Shown here: piece after piece, positions 15,240 through 28,867 of the stretch
Position numbering within the stretch: position 1 is the first letter of the stretch
How the letters are laid out: every line of letters starts with the position of its first letter
Notes under the pieces: model-generated
What the model was told of the DNA's origin: nothing
Seen by the model: the letters and a program-made list of their open reading frames with translations, nothing else
Database searches by the model: none
NCBI RefSeq assembly: GCF_018350175.1
Contig: NC_058382.1
Coordinates: 49,540,001-49,604,000, forward strand
Direction of reading: 5' to 3'
Length of the DNA stretch: 64,000 bases
From: Felis catus
Lineage: Eukaryota
Made by a program: the position numbers and the translations under genes

Positions 15240-16360
15240 TTTTAACTTTTTCTTTTGAACTAATTTTAGAGTTATGGAAAAGTTGCAAAAATAGTACAGG
15301 GGGTTCCTATATGCCCTTAGCCTGATTGTCACTAACGTTTACATTATACATAACCATAGTACAATTGTCAAAACTAAGAACTAGTAAAATATTAATTGAT
15401 ACAGTTAGAGAATAGGTACATTACTAAACTACAGATTTGATTTCGCCAGTTCTTCCATGAATGTTCTCTTGTTTGGGGCGGGTTTTGTTTGGTCCGTATT
15501 CCATCATCTCACGCTGCATTTAGTTGTCTCGGCTCCTTTGTCTCCTATAATCTGTGACAGTTCCTTAGTCTTCCCGTGTCTTTCTGACCTTGATATTTTG
15601 AGGAGTACTCGTCAGTTACTTTATTGAATGTCCCTCAGTTTGGGTTGTTTGATGTTTTCTCGTGAGTAGATTGAGGTCATGCTTTCTGGCAAGAATACCA
15701 CAGAAGCGATCTGCCCTTCTCAATATACCATATCAGTGGTTTAAGATGTCAATATGTCTTATTAGCAGTGACATTAACCTTGATCACTTGGTGCAGGTCA
15801 TGCCTGTGGGATTTCTGCACTGTGAAGTTACTATTTTTCTCTTTCAACTAATAAATATGTTGGGGTAGATACTTTAAGACTGTGCAAATATCCTGTTTTC
15901 CCTCGCTTTCATTCACTCTCTTTAGCATCCATTGGTGGATCTTGCCTGCAATAGTTGTTATTGTGGTTATTGCGTGTTCTATTGGTGATTTTCTCCTTCT
16001 CTTATTCCTTCTATATTATTTAATTAGAATTATTCTCTAATAAAGAGCCATCCATTTTCCTTATTATTTATTCACGCAATTATTTATATATTACCAATAT
16101 GGACTCATGGATATTTATTTTATTCCGTAGATTATAATCTAATTGTCATTATTTTGTTGCTCAGTTCCGGCTTTGGCCACTGGAGGCCTCTGTCATCTAG
16201 GTTTCTCTGCCCTTCAGATCAGCCCGCACCTTTTTTTGAGCCCTGTCTTACTTCCTACTACTATAAGATGCTCCAGGCTGGTCATGTCTTTCCCCTGCCC
16301 AGACCAGCAATCAACCACTTTTCCAAGGACTTCTGGTTCATTTTAGTGCAGAATAGTAAT
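15240..16360 (-). mobile_element. Old L1 (L1MC/MD-like) 3' fragment
   Basis: AT-rich antisense L1M 3'UTR sequence ('aattttagagttatggaaaagttgcaaaaatagtacag'). Confidence 0.6.
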
Positions 16361-16394
16361 ATTTAGGGCCTGGGGTTTGGGTGTGAGCTGTGCT

Positions 16395-17980
16395 CTTAAA
16401 ACTCAACAATAAGAAAACAAAAACTGTGATTAAAAAATAGGCAGGGGCGCCTAGGTGGCTCAGTCGGTTAAGCATACAAGTGCAGCTCAGTCAGGTCACA
16501 ATGTCGCAGGTCCTGAGTTCAAGCCCCACATTGGGCTCTGTGCTGACAGTTCGGGGCCTGGAGCCTGCTTCAGATTCTGTGTCTCCCTCTCTCTCTGCCA
16601 CTCCCCCACTTACTCTCTGTCTCTCTCTCTGTCTTTCAAAAATGAATAAATGTTAAAAAAAAATTTGTTTAAATAGGCAAAAGATCTGAACAGACAGTTC
16701 ACCGAAGAAGACATACAGATGGAAAATAAGCATATGAAAAAATGTTGAACATCACCTGTCATCACAGAATTGCAAGTTAAAACAACAAGATGCCACTACA
16801 CACCTATTAGAATGACTAAAATAAAAAAAAACCTGACACCAAATGCTTATAAGGCCACAGAGCAACAAGAATTCTCATCCATTGCTGGTGGGAATGCAAA
16901 ATGGTACAGTCACTTTGGAAAACAATTTGACAATTTCTTACAAAGCTAAATATAGTCTTACCATATGATCCAGCAGTCATGTTCCTAAGTACTTACCCAA
17001 TCGAGTTGAAAACTTATGTCCCTACAGAAGTCTGCACATGAATGTTTATAGCAGCTTTATTCATAATCTCCCCAAACTAGAAACAACCAAGATGCCCATC
17101 CAAAGGTGGATGGATAAGCCAACCATAGTCCATCAGTACAAGGGAGTATTTGTCAGCTACAAAAAGAAAGGAGCTATCACGTCACAAAAAGACATGGAGG
17201 AATCTTAAATACATATTGCCAAATGATAGAAATCAGCCTGAAAAAGCTACATGCTGGATGATTCCAAACATGTGACATTCTGGAAAAAATAAAACTAGGG
17301 AGGCAGCAAAAAGACGAGTGCTTGCCAGGGATTTGAGCTGCAGGGATGAATAAATGAACCGCAAGGGATTTTTAGGGTGGTAAAATTATTCTGGATGCTA
17401 CTGTAATGGTGGATACATGACTTTATGCAATATTCAAAACCCATAGAGCTTTATAACACTAAGAGTAAACCCAGCTGCAAACAAATTCTTAAAAAACCAT
17501 TTAGGGGGCTGGAAGATCCCAAGAAGGAATGCGGACTGTGACAAGACAATCTAACTGTTATCTCTCTAAATGTGGGAAGCAACCTCACTGAAGGGGGGGT
17601 GGGGGAGAAACGCTGACCTAAGTGACTTTGGGAAAGGAGTTTGTAAGGCTAATGGGCAAAAGGAACTGCACATAGGTACAGGGGCACGAATTAACAATTC
17701 AGATACAACCATGCGTATATACTGGACGGGTTGAGTCAGTTAATACATGGGGAGAAGGGTCAGGTCCCCTGTGCAGAATTCCAAACAAGTTATGTAAATA
17801 CGGGGAGCATAACTTCCCACTCCTTAAATGTGAGCTATTCATAATGACTTCCTTCCAAAGAGTACAGTATGGAGAGTGGAAAGAAAAAGAGTCCCTTTAC
17901 AGGGGGGAGATCTGACAAACTACTTCAGCCAGATGGCCAAGGTCAACATCACCAGCCATAAATCACGTTGATAGCAGGTA
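16395..17980 (+). mobile_element. Old L1 (L1MC-like) ORF2 end and 3'UTR, with a CanSINE at ~16445-16670
   Basis: 'aaactcaacaataagaaaacaa...ccactacacacctattagaatgact...gagctatca' L1 signature. Confidence 0.7.
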
Positions 17981-17982
17981 CC

Positions 17983-18621
17983 TGTGCTGGGTTCAAGAGT
18001 ATCCTCCCATGGGTCCCTGGGTGGCTCAATTGGTTAAGCGGCCGACTTCGGTTCAGGTCATGATCTCATGGATTGTGAGTTTGAACCCTGCATCGGGCTC
18101 TGTGCCGACAGCTCAGAGTCTGGAGCCTGCTTCAGATTCTGGGTCTCCCTCTCTCTCTGCCCCTCCCCCACTCACACTCTGTCTCTCTCTGTCTCTCAAA
18201 ACTGAATAAATGTTAAAAAATTAAAAAAAAAAAAAGAGTACCCTCCCAAAGTTCAAGTCCTTCCCCTGACCTCAGATTTTGACTTTATTTGGAAATTCGG
18301 TATCGCAGATGTAATTCGTTAAGATGAGGTGATTCTGGAGTAGGGTTGGCCTTTAATCCAATGACTGGTGTCCTGTAAGAAGAGAAGAGACAGAGACACA
18401 AGAGCTGAGAATGTCATGTGACAATGCAGCAGCACGCTAAAGAAGCTAGGGAGCCCACTGACATAGAAGCAAGGAAGGATTTTTCCAGAGGCTTCACATG
18501 TGGCATGGCCTCGCCCACACCTTGATTTCAGATTTCCAGGTTCCAGAACTATGAAAATAAATTTATGTTGCTTTCAGCCAGTTTGTGGTACTTTGTTATG
18601 ACAGCGTTAGGAAACTGATAC
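17983..18621 (+). mobile_element. MLT1 (MaLR) solo LTR, probably MLT1C-like, with a CanSINE at 18011-18234
   Basis: 'ttatttggaaat...gatgtaattcgttaagatgagg...ccagaactatgaaaataaatt...tttgtggtactttgttatgacagc...aggaaactgatac'; SINE TSD aagagta(t/c)cctccca. Confidence 0.75.
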
Positions 18622-20510
18622 GTTCCCTTGATGTGATATGAGGAAAATGGTCCTTTACCTCTGAGCATTTCCTCCCCAGAACCCATAACTCCTGTCTAAT
18701 CATGAGAAAAACACCAAGCAAATGCCAATAATGCAGCACTCTACAAAACACCTGACTAGTACCCCTCAAAACCATCAAAGTCATCAAAAACACGAAAAAT
18801 CAAAGCAACTGTGCCATCTAAAAGGGTCTATCTTAGTCCAGTAGAGCTGCTGAATCCTATCAACAAATGCAAACGTGTATTTCTCCCAGTTCCGGAGGCC
18901 AGGAAGTTCTGGGCTTTAGTCCTTCCATTTGTAAACAGAGGTATTTGGACCAGTAGACCCCCTGATCCATTCCCTTTCTGGATCGACTCATGAAAAATGG
19001 AAATCTTTGATTCAACTGCTCAGTTTTGTAAGCACTCTGCCCAACAGTACTCATACCCATGTCTTTCTGACCCCTATGAAAGTATCTCTACATCCTCTGT
19101 GCAACTAATGCATCCAGTGCTAGAACTTACTCGGCGCGACTGGGGCTTTTTGGCAGTCCTAAGACCCGGCCAGGAGGAGAAATGGACTGAAGAGGCAGCT
19201 CCCTCTGATGCAAGACACAGGGTGCCACTGGTTTCCCTCAGGTGGACAGGGGTGACACTGCCACATTCAGGATGCCTAGGCCGTGCCTGATACCTTCAGG
19301 TGGACAGGACTGCAGAATTGGAGGCTCCTGGTCACAGCTGTGTTACAGACGTCGTAAGTTCCTGCCCCTGTCATTCTTTTATTCCTCATCTATGCTAAGC
19401 AGAGTCCTGGAAAGGCAGAGACAATGAAGCAGTCCCTGTACGCCCCTGGGGGGTCCTTGGGCGAAAACTTTCTGAGCCATTGGCCAGGTGAGGAATCCTT
19501 CACTCATCAGGGAGAACAATAGACCTGTCAGATGCTCAGTAAGATAACTGGATTTTGCCAGGTTCAGGCTGTTCCGTTTTTGTTTAATTTTTATTGAAAA
19601 TGAAGGAACGAAAGCATGAGGTATTCACTTTGCTCCGATTCGGGAGAATTTTTTGCGAGCTTCCTGCTCTGTAACTTTGCCATGAGAAAAACAGGTGGAA
19701 GGTCACTTCTCACAGCCCCCGGACTCTGAGCTGTGGTCAGCGGTCATTCCCTTCCATCCTCTCGGGTATGAAAGAGGGAGGCAGGCCGGCCTGCTGGGGC
19801 GATCGGAAACCAGATGGAATGGTGTTGTCAGCCGCTGGAAATAACCGAGGACATCTGCCAGTCGGGGGGTCTGATTGTAGAGTCTCCGAATTAGGATCAT
19901 GGAGCCTGACACCTGATTGTGGAGTCTTGGCTCAAACCGCACCTGCTCAGTCAAGCCTTCTCTAGCCAGTCTGTTCCCAGATGCACCCGGTGGGGCACTC
20001 CTGATACGACCTCCTCAGGGGTGAATGCCATCTGACACACTTCCTATTTTGCTTTCTGTTTACTGCCTGCCCACCACCACCCCCCCCCCCACCTGGAATA
20101 TAAGCTCACAAACGGAGGGAGTGTTGTGCCCTTCACAGCTGTGCTTTCCCAGGTGCTTGATAAACCTTGACTGCAGGAATGCTGAATCAAGGAGTAGAAA
20201 ATAAAGACGCCTGGTGGAGGAACTGAACCTGTCACTCAGCACCTTAAAAAAAAGAATCGTTTTAACCCCTGGCAAGGAGTAGAGAACCGCCGTTAATTTG
20301 GGGCCAGAAATTCTTCCTAAAGATTGACCTTCTCAGATTTGAAGTCCAGATAAAGGAACAGAACGTTGACAGTTAAATTCCAAGGTGATCGGGGAAAATC
20401 TGAATGTTGAAATTCTGCAGAATAACACAGTGTTTTCAACATATTAATGGCAAAGAAAAGAAAAAAAGGTATGGAGGCGGAGGAAACCTGCGTATTAAAA
20501 GACACCGATC

Positions 20511-20732
20511 GGGGCGCCTGGGTGGCGCAGTCGGTTGAGTGTCCGACTTCAGCCAGGTCACGATCTCGCGGTCCGGGAGTTCGAGCCCCGCGTCGGGCTC
20601 TGGGCTGATGGCTCGGAGCCTGGAGCCTGTTTCCGATTCTGTGTCTCCCTCTCTCTCTGCCCCTCCCCCGTTCATGCTCTGTCTCTCTCTGTCCCAAAAA
20701 TAAATAAAAACGTTGAAAAAAAATTAAAAAAA
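20511..20732 (+). mobile_element. Young felid CanSINE (SINEC_Fc-type)
   Basis: CpG-intact consensus-like body; perfect TSD aaaagacaccgatc. Confidence 0.95.
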
Positions 20733-20914
20733 AAAAGACACCGATCTTAGGACGTGGACTCATTTGGATCTTGAGTTTCAACAATCTGAAGAACTATGTG
20801 ATGTTTATGAAAAGAATCTGGAAATATGAACACCAGCTGGGTATTTGAATACTATTAAGGAAACGATGCTAATTTTTTTTTTTTTTTAGGTGTGATAATG
20901 CCACACAAAGATTG

Positions 20915-21550
20915 TGCTGTCAATGTAGTCTGCAGACTCCTGGGGTCTTTAAGACAGTGGCAGGAGATCCAGGAGGTCAAGATTACTTTAATAATAATGC
21001 TTAGACATTGTTTTCCTATTTCATTGAACTGACATTCAGTATCAGTTTGGCACTGATGGTGCAAAAGCATTTGGAGGGGAGGGGGGAGCTGCTGGTGCCC
21101 CAGCAGGATTCCAGAGAGCGGCACCAAACTGAACTGGCCGTCATTGCCTTCTGTGTTCTCACGCAATTACAGAGGAGAAGGGCTAGTTTCGCTGAAAAAT
21201 GACCTTACTGGAGCAGTAACAATTTAATGGTGTTAGGCCTCGAACTTTGTATCTTTTTGCCACTCTGATGAAACAGGAAGTATGCAGGAGTATTTCTGCT
21301 GCACACAGGAGCACGATGTTTGTCTCCAGGAAGATCACTTGTGCAGTCGTTGGAGTGGTGAGCTGCACTAGCGGCTTTTCTCACGAAACACCATTTTTAC
21401 TTGATTGGCTGACAAAGGAAGCCTGGGTGTTTGGCAGGCACTTTCTGAAAAGTGAATGAAGTGAGCTGTCGCTTCAAGGAAAGCAACTGATTATATTTGT
21501 TGCCCGAGGAAAAAATGAGCTTTCAGGTGAAAATTAGAATTTTGGCCAGA
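20915..21550 (+). mobile_element. Charlie1-like hAT DNA transposon remnant
   Basis: 'ggaggtcaagattactttaataataatgc' end-like sequence and 'cactgatggtgcaaaagca...ggcaccaaactg' transposase-like (TDGAKA) region. Confidence 0.6.
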
Positions 21551-22564
21551 ACTTGGGGCGCCTGGGTGGCTCAGTTGGTAGAGCATGCAACTCTTGATCT
21601 CATGGTTATAAGTTCAAGCCCCACGTTGTATGTAGAGATTACTTAAAAAAAAAAATCCCTTTACATCCTTTGGCAGGGCCATCCAAGCATGTACTTAACG
21701 CTGGTGCCGGTGTCTGTCAGGACAGAAGTAGATATTACACCACACTTGGAAGGAGATCCAATGACCTGTGGGATACACCGAGTAATGGACTGGGAAGCCA
21801 GCCCTCCCTGAAATGTCAGTGGAAAGTCAAAAAAAATTATAAGCAACATTTAAATTAAAATATGCAATGTGTTTTCCAAAAACTTTCTCTGCCCCAGTCC
21901 TTTATTCCTAAGAGCAAATTAATAGAAAATAATGTGGTTTTGAATTTTTCAGGATCCTCAGAAGCAGTCCACACCCGGCAGCATTCTGTGCTGTTAAGCA
22001 TAAGGCGGTAGGAGAATTTATTTTATGTGTGCATATGGGGGGTGGGGGATCTTCCTTCTTTTTGTACATTCCAGTACTTAGTCTTTTCAAAACATGCATA
22101 ATTTTGACAAAAATAGTATCACACTCTACATACTCTTGTGGGATCTACATTTTGTAAATTTCTCAGTATATTAGACACCTCCCCCATGTAGTCAGTGTAC
22201 ATTATCATTTTCAGTGCCTTCCAAGTTCTATTCAGATATCACTACAATTGATTTTACTTGCATCTGTTGAAATATTGTTCGTTTGTTTCCAATGTTTTGC
22301 AAATATAAGCTACAATGTGAGGACACGCTTGTATGTACACACTTGTACACGATTGAGGATTATGATAATTAACACATTTTTAATTTTGATTCAGTGAGGC
22401 CTTCAGAAAGATTTTTAACATATTACACCCCTACCAGAAGTGTATGAAAATATTTTTACAAATTATTCCCACCTGGGTATCATTATTGTTTTAAATATTG
22501 GCCAAACTTATAGGTCCAAAAGATATTACGTACATTATAATGCTGATTTTTAGTAAAGAGAAAC

Positions 22565-22779
22565 ATTTTTTTAAGTTTTATTTTTGAGAGAGAGAGAGAG
22601 AGAGAGCAAAAATGGGGGAGGGCAGAGAGAGAGGGACAGAGAAAATCCCAAGCAGACTCTGACCTAAAAGTGTGGAGCCCCAAAGCAGGGCTCAAACTCA
22701 GGAACCATGATTTCAGATCATGATCTGAGCTGAAATCAAGAGTCGGTTGCTTAACTAACTGAGTCACCCAGGTGTCCCC
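22565..22779 (-). mobile_element. CanSINE
   Basis: Antisense head at ~22779, (GA)n body, T-rich tail. Confidence 0.85.
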
Positions 22780-23079
22780 AAGAGAAACATTTGTGATAAA
22801 TTTATTGTTCTATGTGCTTCCTCTTTAATTGGCCATTCATATCCTTATTTTTCTTACTATGATTCAATTAACTTGTAAGAATTTATAAATTAAATTCCTT
22901 ATTCTTTTATACATGTACCACATATATTTTTCCAGTTTGTCTTTAACTTTGCTTAAAGCATTTTTTTTCCAGGATTTAATTTTCTCTGTAGTTGAATTTG
23001 TCCATTGTTTCCTTTATGATTTCTGACTTTGGTGTCATACCTTCTCACCCAAAGAATATAAAAAACATTCCATTTTTCT

Positions 23080-23217
23080 TCCCTTGTTCCTTTCCTTCCT
23101 CTTCCCTCCTTCCTTCCCTTCTTTCTTTCTTCTTTCTTCTTTCTCTCTCTCTTCCTTCCTTCCTTCCTTCCTTCCTTCCTTCCTTCCTTCCTTCCTTTCT
23201 TCCTTCCTTCCTCTTCC

Positions 23218-23273
<56 letters not shown>

Positions 23274-23280
23274 TCCTCCC
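23080..23280. repeat. Compound (CCTT)n(CTTT)n microsatellite, likely the expanded tail of an antisense short SINE at ~23290-23370
   Basis: Tetranucleotide runs visible directly; adjacent SINE head 'gactaagccagccagacgcacccc'. Confidence 0.85.
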
Positions 23281-23434
23281 TCTCATCTCTACACCCAACA
23301 TGGGCTCTAACTCACAAACCGAGGTCAAGAGTTGCATGCCCTTCTGACTAAGCCAGCCAGACGCACCCCTCCTCCCCCATCATGTCTTTAAAACCTTGAT
23401 GGCTTCCACTTTAAAATTTAAATCATGAATCCAC

Positions 23435-24100
23435 AGCCACTCGGGAAAACAGAATGGAGGTTCCTCAAAAAGTTAAAAATAGAACTACCCTACGACCCAG
23501 CATTTGCACTACTAGGTGTTTACCCAAAATATACAAAAATACTGAATCGAAGGGGCACACCATGCATACACTCCGATGTTTATAGCAGCACTATTCACAA
23601 TAGCCAAATTATGGAAAGAGCCCAAATGTCCATCAATTGATGAATGGATTAAGAAGATGTGGTGTGTATGTGTGTAGGTACATACTCACAGTGGAACGTT
23701 ACTCAGCCATAAAAAAGAATGAAATCTTGTCATTTGCATCGAGGTAGATGGAGCTAGAGTGTATTATGCTAAGGGAAATAAGTCAGAGAAAGACAAATAT
23801 CATATGATTTCACTCTTATTTTTATAAGAAACAAAACAGATGAACATAGGGGAAGGAATTTTTTTAAAAAAAGAGAGCGAGGCAAACCATGAGAGACTCT
23901 TAACTATAGAGAACAAATGAGAGTTGCTGGAGGGGAGGTGGGCGGGGAAGGAGCTAAATGGTTGATGGGAATTAAGGAGGGCACTTGTTGTGATGAGCAC
24001 TGGGTGTTGTTACATGTAGGTGATGAATCACCAAATTCTACTCCTAAAACCAATATTACAGTATATGTTAACTACCTAGATTTAAATAAAAACAAACAAA
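23435..24100 (+). mobile_element. Carnivore L1 3' end
   Basis: [16 protein letters not shown] (ORF2 C-terminus), then L1 3'UTR and A-rich tail. Confidence 0.85.
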
Positions 24101-24429
24101 TAAATCTAGTGTGCAGTCTTGAGAGCTAACATTTTAAACATTTTTTCCTTTGAATTGTTAAGTAGTAGTCCAAGAATGATGAATATTCCAGTCTCTCATT
24201 AGTATTCATTAATTTGTGTAATGTATTTCTATATCTAGTAGTTATTAGTCTTTTTAAAAAAAATGTCCCAAATATTCTGTTTTTCTTCCTGATGAAGTAT
24301 GATATTATTCCATCAAACAAACAAGCAAAATAATCAAAACAGTGCAAATAGTAAATAACAAAAATGCCTTTCAGAGAATTTGATTTTTATGAATTTAGAG
24401 TTATGTATCCATCACTTCCATCCAGTATA

Positions 24430-24870
24430 TAATTTTTTAATTCTGATAAAATATACATAACATGAAGTTTACCATTTTACCCCTTTTTAAGCATACAATT
24501 CCGTGGCTTTAAGCATATTCACAGTGTGGTATGGCCACCACCACTCTCTCACACAGAAGCTCCCTGCCCAGTGTGAGCTAACCCTCCACGCCTCCCTCCC
24601 TTGAGTCCCTGGTAATCTCTATTCTCCTTTCTTTACGAACGTGTCTATTCTAGATACTTCATGTAAGAGGAACTACACAGCATTGCTCCTTTTGTATCGG
24701 GCTTGTTTCATGTGGCGTATCTTCAGTGTCCATTTACATTGCAGCCTCCGTCAGAACTTCATTCTTTTTTTGGCTGAATAATTTTCCATATTATTCCAAA
24801 TGTACATATATACTACATTTATTTATCCATTCTTTTTTTAAAAACTTTTTAAAAAGTTTATTTATTTTGA

Positions 24871-24916
<46 letters not shown>

Positions 24917-25180
24917 AGGGGCAGAGAGAGGGAGAGAGACAGAATCCCAAGCAGGCTCTGCGCTGACAGTGCTCTCTGACGCAGAGCTCAATCTGATCAT
25001 GAGATCATGACCAGACCTGAAACCAAGAATTGGATGCTCAACTGACTGAGCCAGCCAGGTGCCCCTACTTGTCCATTCTTTCGTTGGTGGACACTTAGGT
25101 TCTTTCTACCATTTGACTGTTATGAATAGCAGCCAAATGCTGCTATGAATATTGATGTACCAATACCTTTATGAGACTAC
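24430..25180 (-). mobile_element. Old L1M 3' fragment with an antisense CanSINE (~24833-25065)
   Basis: 'tttaccattttacccctttttaagcatacaattcc...ggacacttagg' plus SINE with (GA)n. Confidence 0.6.
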
Positions 25181-25207
25181 CCATTATTTTAATTAAAAGT
25201 TACTTGT

Positions 25208-25413
25208 GGGGCGCCCATGTGGCTCAGTCACTTAAGCATCTGGCTCTTGACTTAGGCTCAGGTCATGATCTTATGGTTCGTGGGTTCAAGCCCTGCCTTG
25301 GACTCTGAGCTGATGGTGCAGAGCATGCTTGGGATTCTCTCTCTGTCTGCCCCTCCCCTGCTCGTGTGCTCTCTCCCCCTCTCAAAACAAATACATAAAC
25401 TTAAAAAAAAAAA
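25208..25413 (+). mobile_element. CanSINE
   Basis: Head, CT body, A tail; TSD aaaag(t/c)tacttg. Confidence 0.85.
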
Positions 25414-25419
25414 GCTACT

Positions 25420-26775
25420 TGCTACCACTCTGCACCTATGAGAATGGCCAGAATCGACCCCACCGACAGCACCAAACGCTGGCAAGGATGTGGAGCAGCA
25501 GAACTCTCACTCACTGCCCGTGCGGGTGCCACATGGCACAGCCACCTTGAAAGGCATTTTGGCAGTGTCTCACAAAACCAACCTACTCCTACCATACGAT
25601 CTAGCAGTTACGCTCCTTAGTACCTACCTAAATAAGTGATTTTATCTGCACACAAAACCCTGCACGTGAATGTTTGTAGCAGCTTTATCCATAATTGTCA
25701 AAACTCGGAAGCAGCCATTCAATAGGTGAGTGGATAAATAAATGGTGGTACATCCACACAACAGAATATTATTCAGTGGCAAAGAAATGAGCTATTGGGG
25801 TCCATGGCTGGCTCAGTCAGTGAAGCATGGGACTCTTGGTCTCCACATTGTGAGTTCAAGCTCCACATTGGGTGTAGAGATAAACATGTTTTAATCTTAA
25901 AAAAAAAAAAGAAAGAAATGAGCTATCAAGCCATGAAAAGATATGCAGGAACCTCTAATGAATATTTCTTTTTAAAAAAATTTTTAACGTTTACTTATTT
26001 TTGAGACAGAGAGAGACAGCACACAGCGGGGGAGGGACAGAGAGAGAGGGAGACACACAGAATCTGGAACAGGCTCCAGGCTCCACACTGTCAGCACAGA
26101 GACCGATGTGGGGCTCGAACTCACGGAATACAAGATCATGACCTGAGCCCAAGTTGGATGCTCAACCATCTGAGTCACCCAGGTGCCCCATCTAATACAT
26201 ATTTCTTTTTTTTTTTTAATGTTGATTTATTTTTGAGAGAGAGGGAAATACAGAATGGGAGCAAGGGAGGGGCAGAAAGAGAGAGGGAGACACAGAATCT
26301 GAAGCAGGCTCCAGGTTCCGAGCTGTCAGCATAGAGCCTGATGCGGGGCTCAAACTCACAAACCGTGAGATCATGACCAAGCTGAAGTCAGACGCTCAAC
26401 TGACCGAGCCACCCAGGGGCCCCTCTTATGCATATTTCTAAGTGAAAGAAGCTAATCTGAAAAGGTACATACTATATGATTCCAACTATTCTAAATTATG
26501 CATACCTAAAAATATCAGTGTTTTCCAGGGGCCCAGGGAGTGGGAGGAGGGATGTATGGTGATGTATACATGTCATTATATATTAGAGTAAATCCTAATG
26601 TAAACTATATAGACTTTGGGTGATGTGTCAATGTACATTTCATTATAACAAATGTACCACTCTGGGTGGGAATATTGATAGTGGATGAGCCCATGTATAT
26701 GCAGGGGCAGGTGGTATATGAAATTTTTCCTCAAACTTTGCTGTGAACATAAAACTGCTTTTAAAAATAAAGAAA
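25420..26775 (+). mobile_element. Old L1MC-like fragment (copy A of the inverted pair), interrupted by SINEs at ~25797-25910, 25968-26189 and 26205-26424
   Basis: L1 ORF2-end/3'UTR sequence; 25433-25764 is nearly identical to the reverse complement of 35433-35764. Confidence 0.75.
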
Positions 26776-26781
26776 AAAGTT

Positions 26782-27015
26782 GGGGCACCTGGGTGGCACA
26801 GTCAGTTAAACTTCTGACTCTTGATTTTGGCTCGGATCATGATTTCACATTCATGAGTTGGAGTCCGTGTCAAGCTCCACGCTAACAGTGCAGAGACTGC
26901 TTGGGATTCTCTTTCTCTCCCTCTCTGCCCCTCCCCTGCTTGCCCCTCCCCTGCTTGCCCCTCCCCTGCTTGCCCCTCCCCTGCTTGCTCGTGTGCCCAC
27001 ACACGCGCGTGCGCA

Positions 27016-27096
<81 letters not shown>

Positions 27097-27115
27097 AAAT
27101 TTTTAAATTAAAAAA
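26782..27115 (+). mobile_element. CanSINE with an internal 15-bp tandem repeat and a (CA)n(CT)n microsatellite
   Basis: Head at 26782; 4x TGCCCCTCCCCTGCT 26926-26985; (CA)n ~27017-27053, (CT)n ~27054-27089. Confidence 0.9.
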
Positions 27116-27259
27116 TAAGCTAGTTACAGCACATGATATCTTTAGGGTAAATTTTATTTTTTAAGATTTTATTTTTAAGTAATCTTTACATCCAACAAGG
27201 GGCTCAAGCCTTTAACCCCGAGATCAAGAGTCACGTGCTCCGCAAGCGCCTCTGATCAA

Positions 27260-27482
27260 TTTTATTTTTATTTTTTAAAAATATTTTTAACGTTTATTCA
27301 CATCTTGAGAGACAGAGCGTAAGTGGGGGAAGGGTAGAGAGAGGGAGACACACAATCCGAAGAAGGCTCCAGGTTCTGAACTGACAGCACAGAGCCCAAC
27401 GCGGGGCTCGAACTCACAGCCCTTGAGATCATGACCTGAGCTGAAGTCTGACGCTTAACGGACTAAGCCACCCAGGCGCCCC
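27260..27482 (-). mobile_element. CanSINE
   Basis: Antisense consensus-like sequence ending ccaggcgcccc. Confidence 0.85.
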
Positions 27483-27779
27483 ATGGTTAATTAGATTTTT
27501 AAAAAGTGAGAAACGTATGCACTTAATGTTACATACGGTTATCTTTGAGAAATTAGATACTTGCTTTTATTTTATACATATTTTCTAATTTAAATACGTT
27601 ATCATGGATTACCTATGTAATCTTTCAAAGTCAGGTTTGGTTTTTTTAATCTGGGAAGAGGTGGTTGTAATCCATAACCCTTGCTGCGGTAAATGGACAG
27701 TCCAGGCCAGGGGTTATTTTAGCCTCCTGCCACCCGCTAAACTAAATGAAGACTTTCCAGAGAGTCCCTGCAGCGGGGC

Positions 27780-28600
27780 CCCAAAGACTTATGGGAAGTG
27801 TAGTCCCGAGGTTGGATGAACCTCCCCTCAGAGGACCCTGGGACGGCTAGCAGCCCTTGCATCTGCGCATGTGCAGTGCTGCGAGCGCGCCGGTGGCTGC
27901 CCTTCCCCCACCTCCTGCCGCGAGTGGGTGACAGGGCCCCGGTCTCCGCGCATCTTCGCTGACCGGCGCCGTGACCTGGCTTGGCACTGAGCCACAAGTG
28001 GAGGCTGTGCCCTTCCAGGTATGAGGGGGGGCTGCCATGCAGCTACGCGAGGGCTGGGGGCCGCGGAGGAGGAGATGAGGGATGGGCTCCTGTCCGCGCA
28101 GGGTGGGAGCCCAAACTTCAGCGACTTGCAGACGTCGGTGACCCTCGGGGCGGTGTCCGGGGCCGCCCCGCGCCGTCCTCCGCACGGGGCTGGCGGGGCC
28201 CGCCTGGCCGGACGTGCGGGGGCGGGGACGGCGGGGAGCGAGGGCGGCGGCGAGGGCTCGCCTTCCTCCCTTTGTCAGGAGAAGCGCCTCCGACCGGCCG
28301 CCAGCGTCTCCTGTCGCGCGGGAGCGAGTCCGGAAGCTCTGGCGGGTGCGCGCGTGACCAGGCCCCGCGGGCGCGGGGCGAGGCCGGGGGCGGGGCCGCA
28401 CACACCTGGCGGCGCCCGGAAGCCGCGTGCTGAGTGCCCGAGCATCACCTGGTGCAGGGAGGAATGAAAGCCCCAGCAAGTTTCCTGATGCACGCGGCGT
28501 ACCTGAGGAGACCTCCGACCTCTTTGCGAAAGCCTTTTCGGCTAAGTGTGCCTCTAATCCTCACACCTAGCCTGTGACGTCGCTAGTGTCTCAGGTGCAA
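27780..28600 (+). promoter_or_regulatory. ZFP1: ZFP1 CpG-island promoter and probable non-coding exon 1 (donor at 28018/28019)
   Basis: Dense CpG; ACTACAnnTCCCA motif (ZNF143/THAP11 type) on the - strand at 27792-27804; NRF1-like TGCGCATGTGCA 27864-27875; donor CCAG|gtatga; GC boxes. Confidence 0.75.
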
Positions 28601-28867
28601 CTGAAGGAAAAACCGGAGGCTCAGATGGGTGGAGTACCCGAGCCTCCCGGTATTTTGTGTAAGTGGCACGTTTTTTCATTTTCCTTTTGATTTTGTTCCC
28701 TGATAGTTTTGCCTTGCAGGCGTTTTGAATTAATTTGTAGTTGAATTTACTGCTCTTCTCTTTTATGGCACTCAGAAGCCTTTTACCACTTTGAGATTAC
28801 GCAAGTTGATTTATGATTTCCACTGGTATTTTAGAATTATTTGCATTAAAAATCTGCCAATACTTTT

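Noticed and set aside
22992..23351. ORFs with SFLP and KEGR/KKER repeats
   Set aside because: Translations of a tetranucleotide microsatellite.
27847..28493. Long overlapping ORFs (up to 210 aa) in the ZFP1 CpG island
   Set aside because: Low stop frequency in GC-rich DNA; R/G/P/A low-complexity sequence with no recognisable domain.
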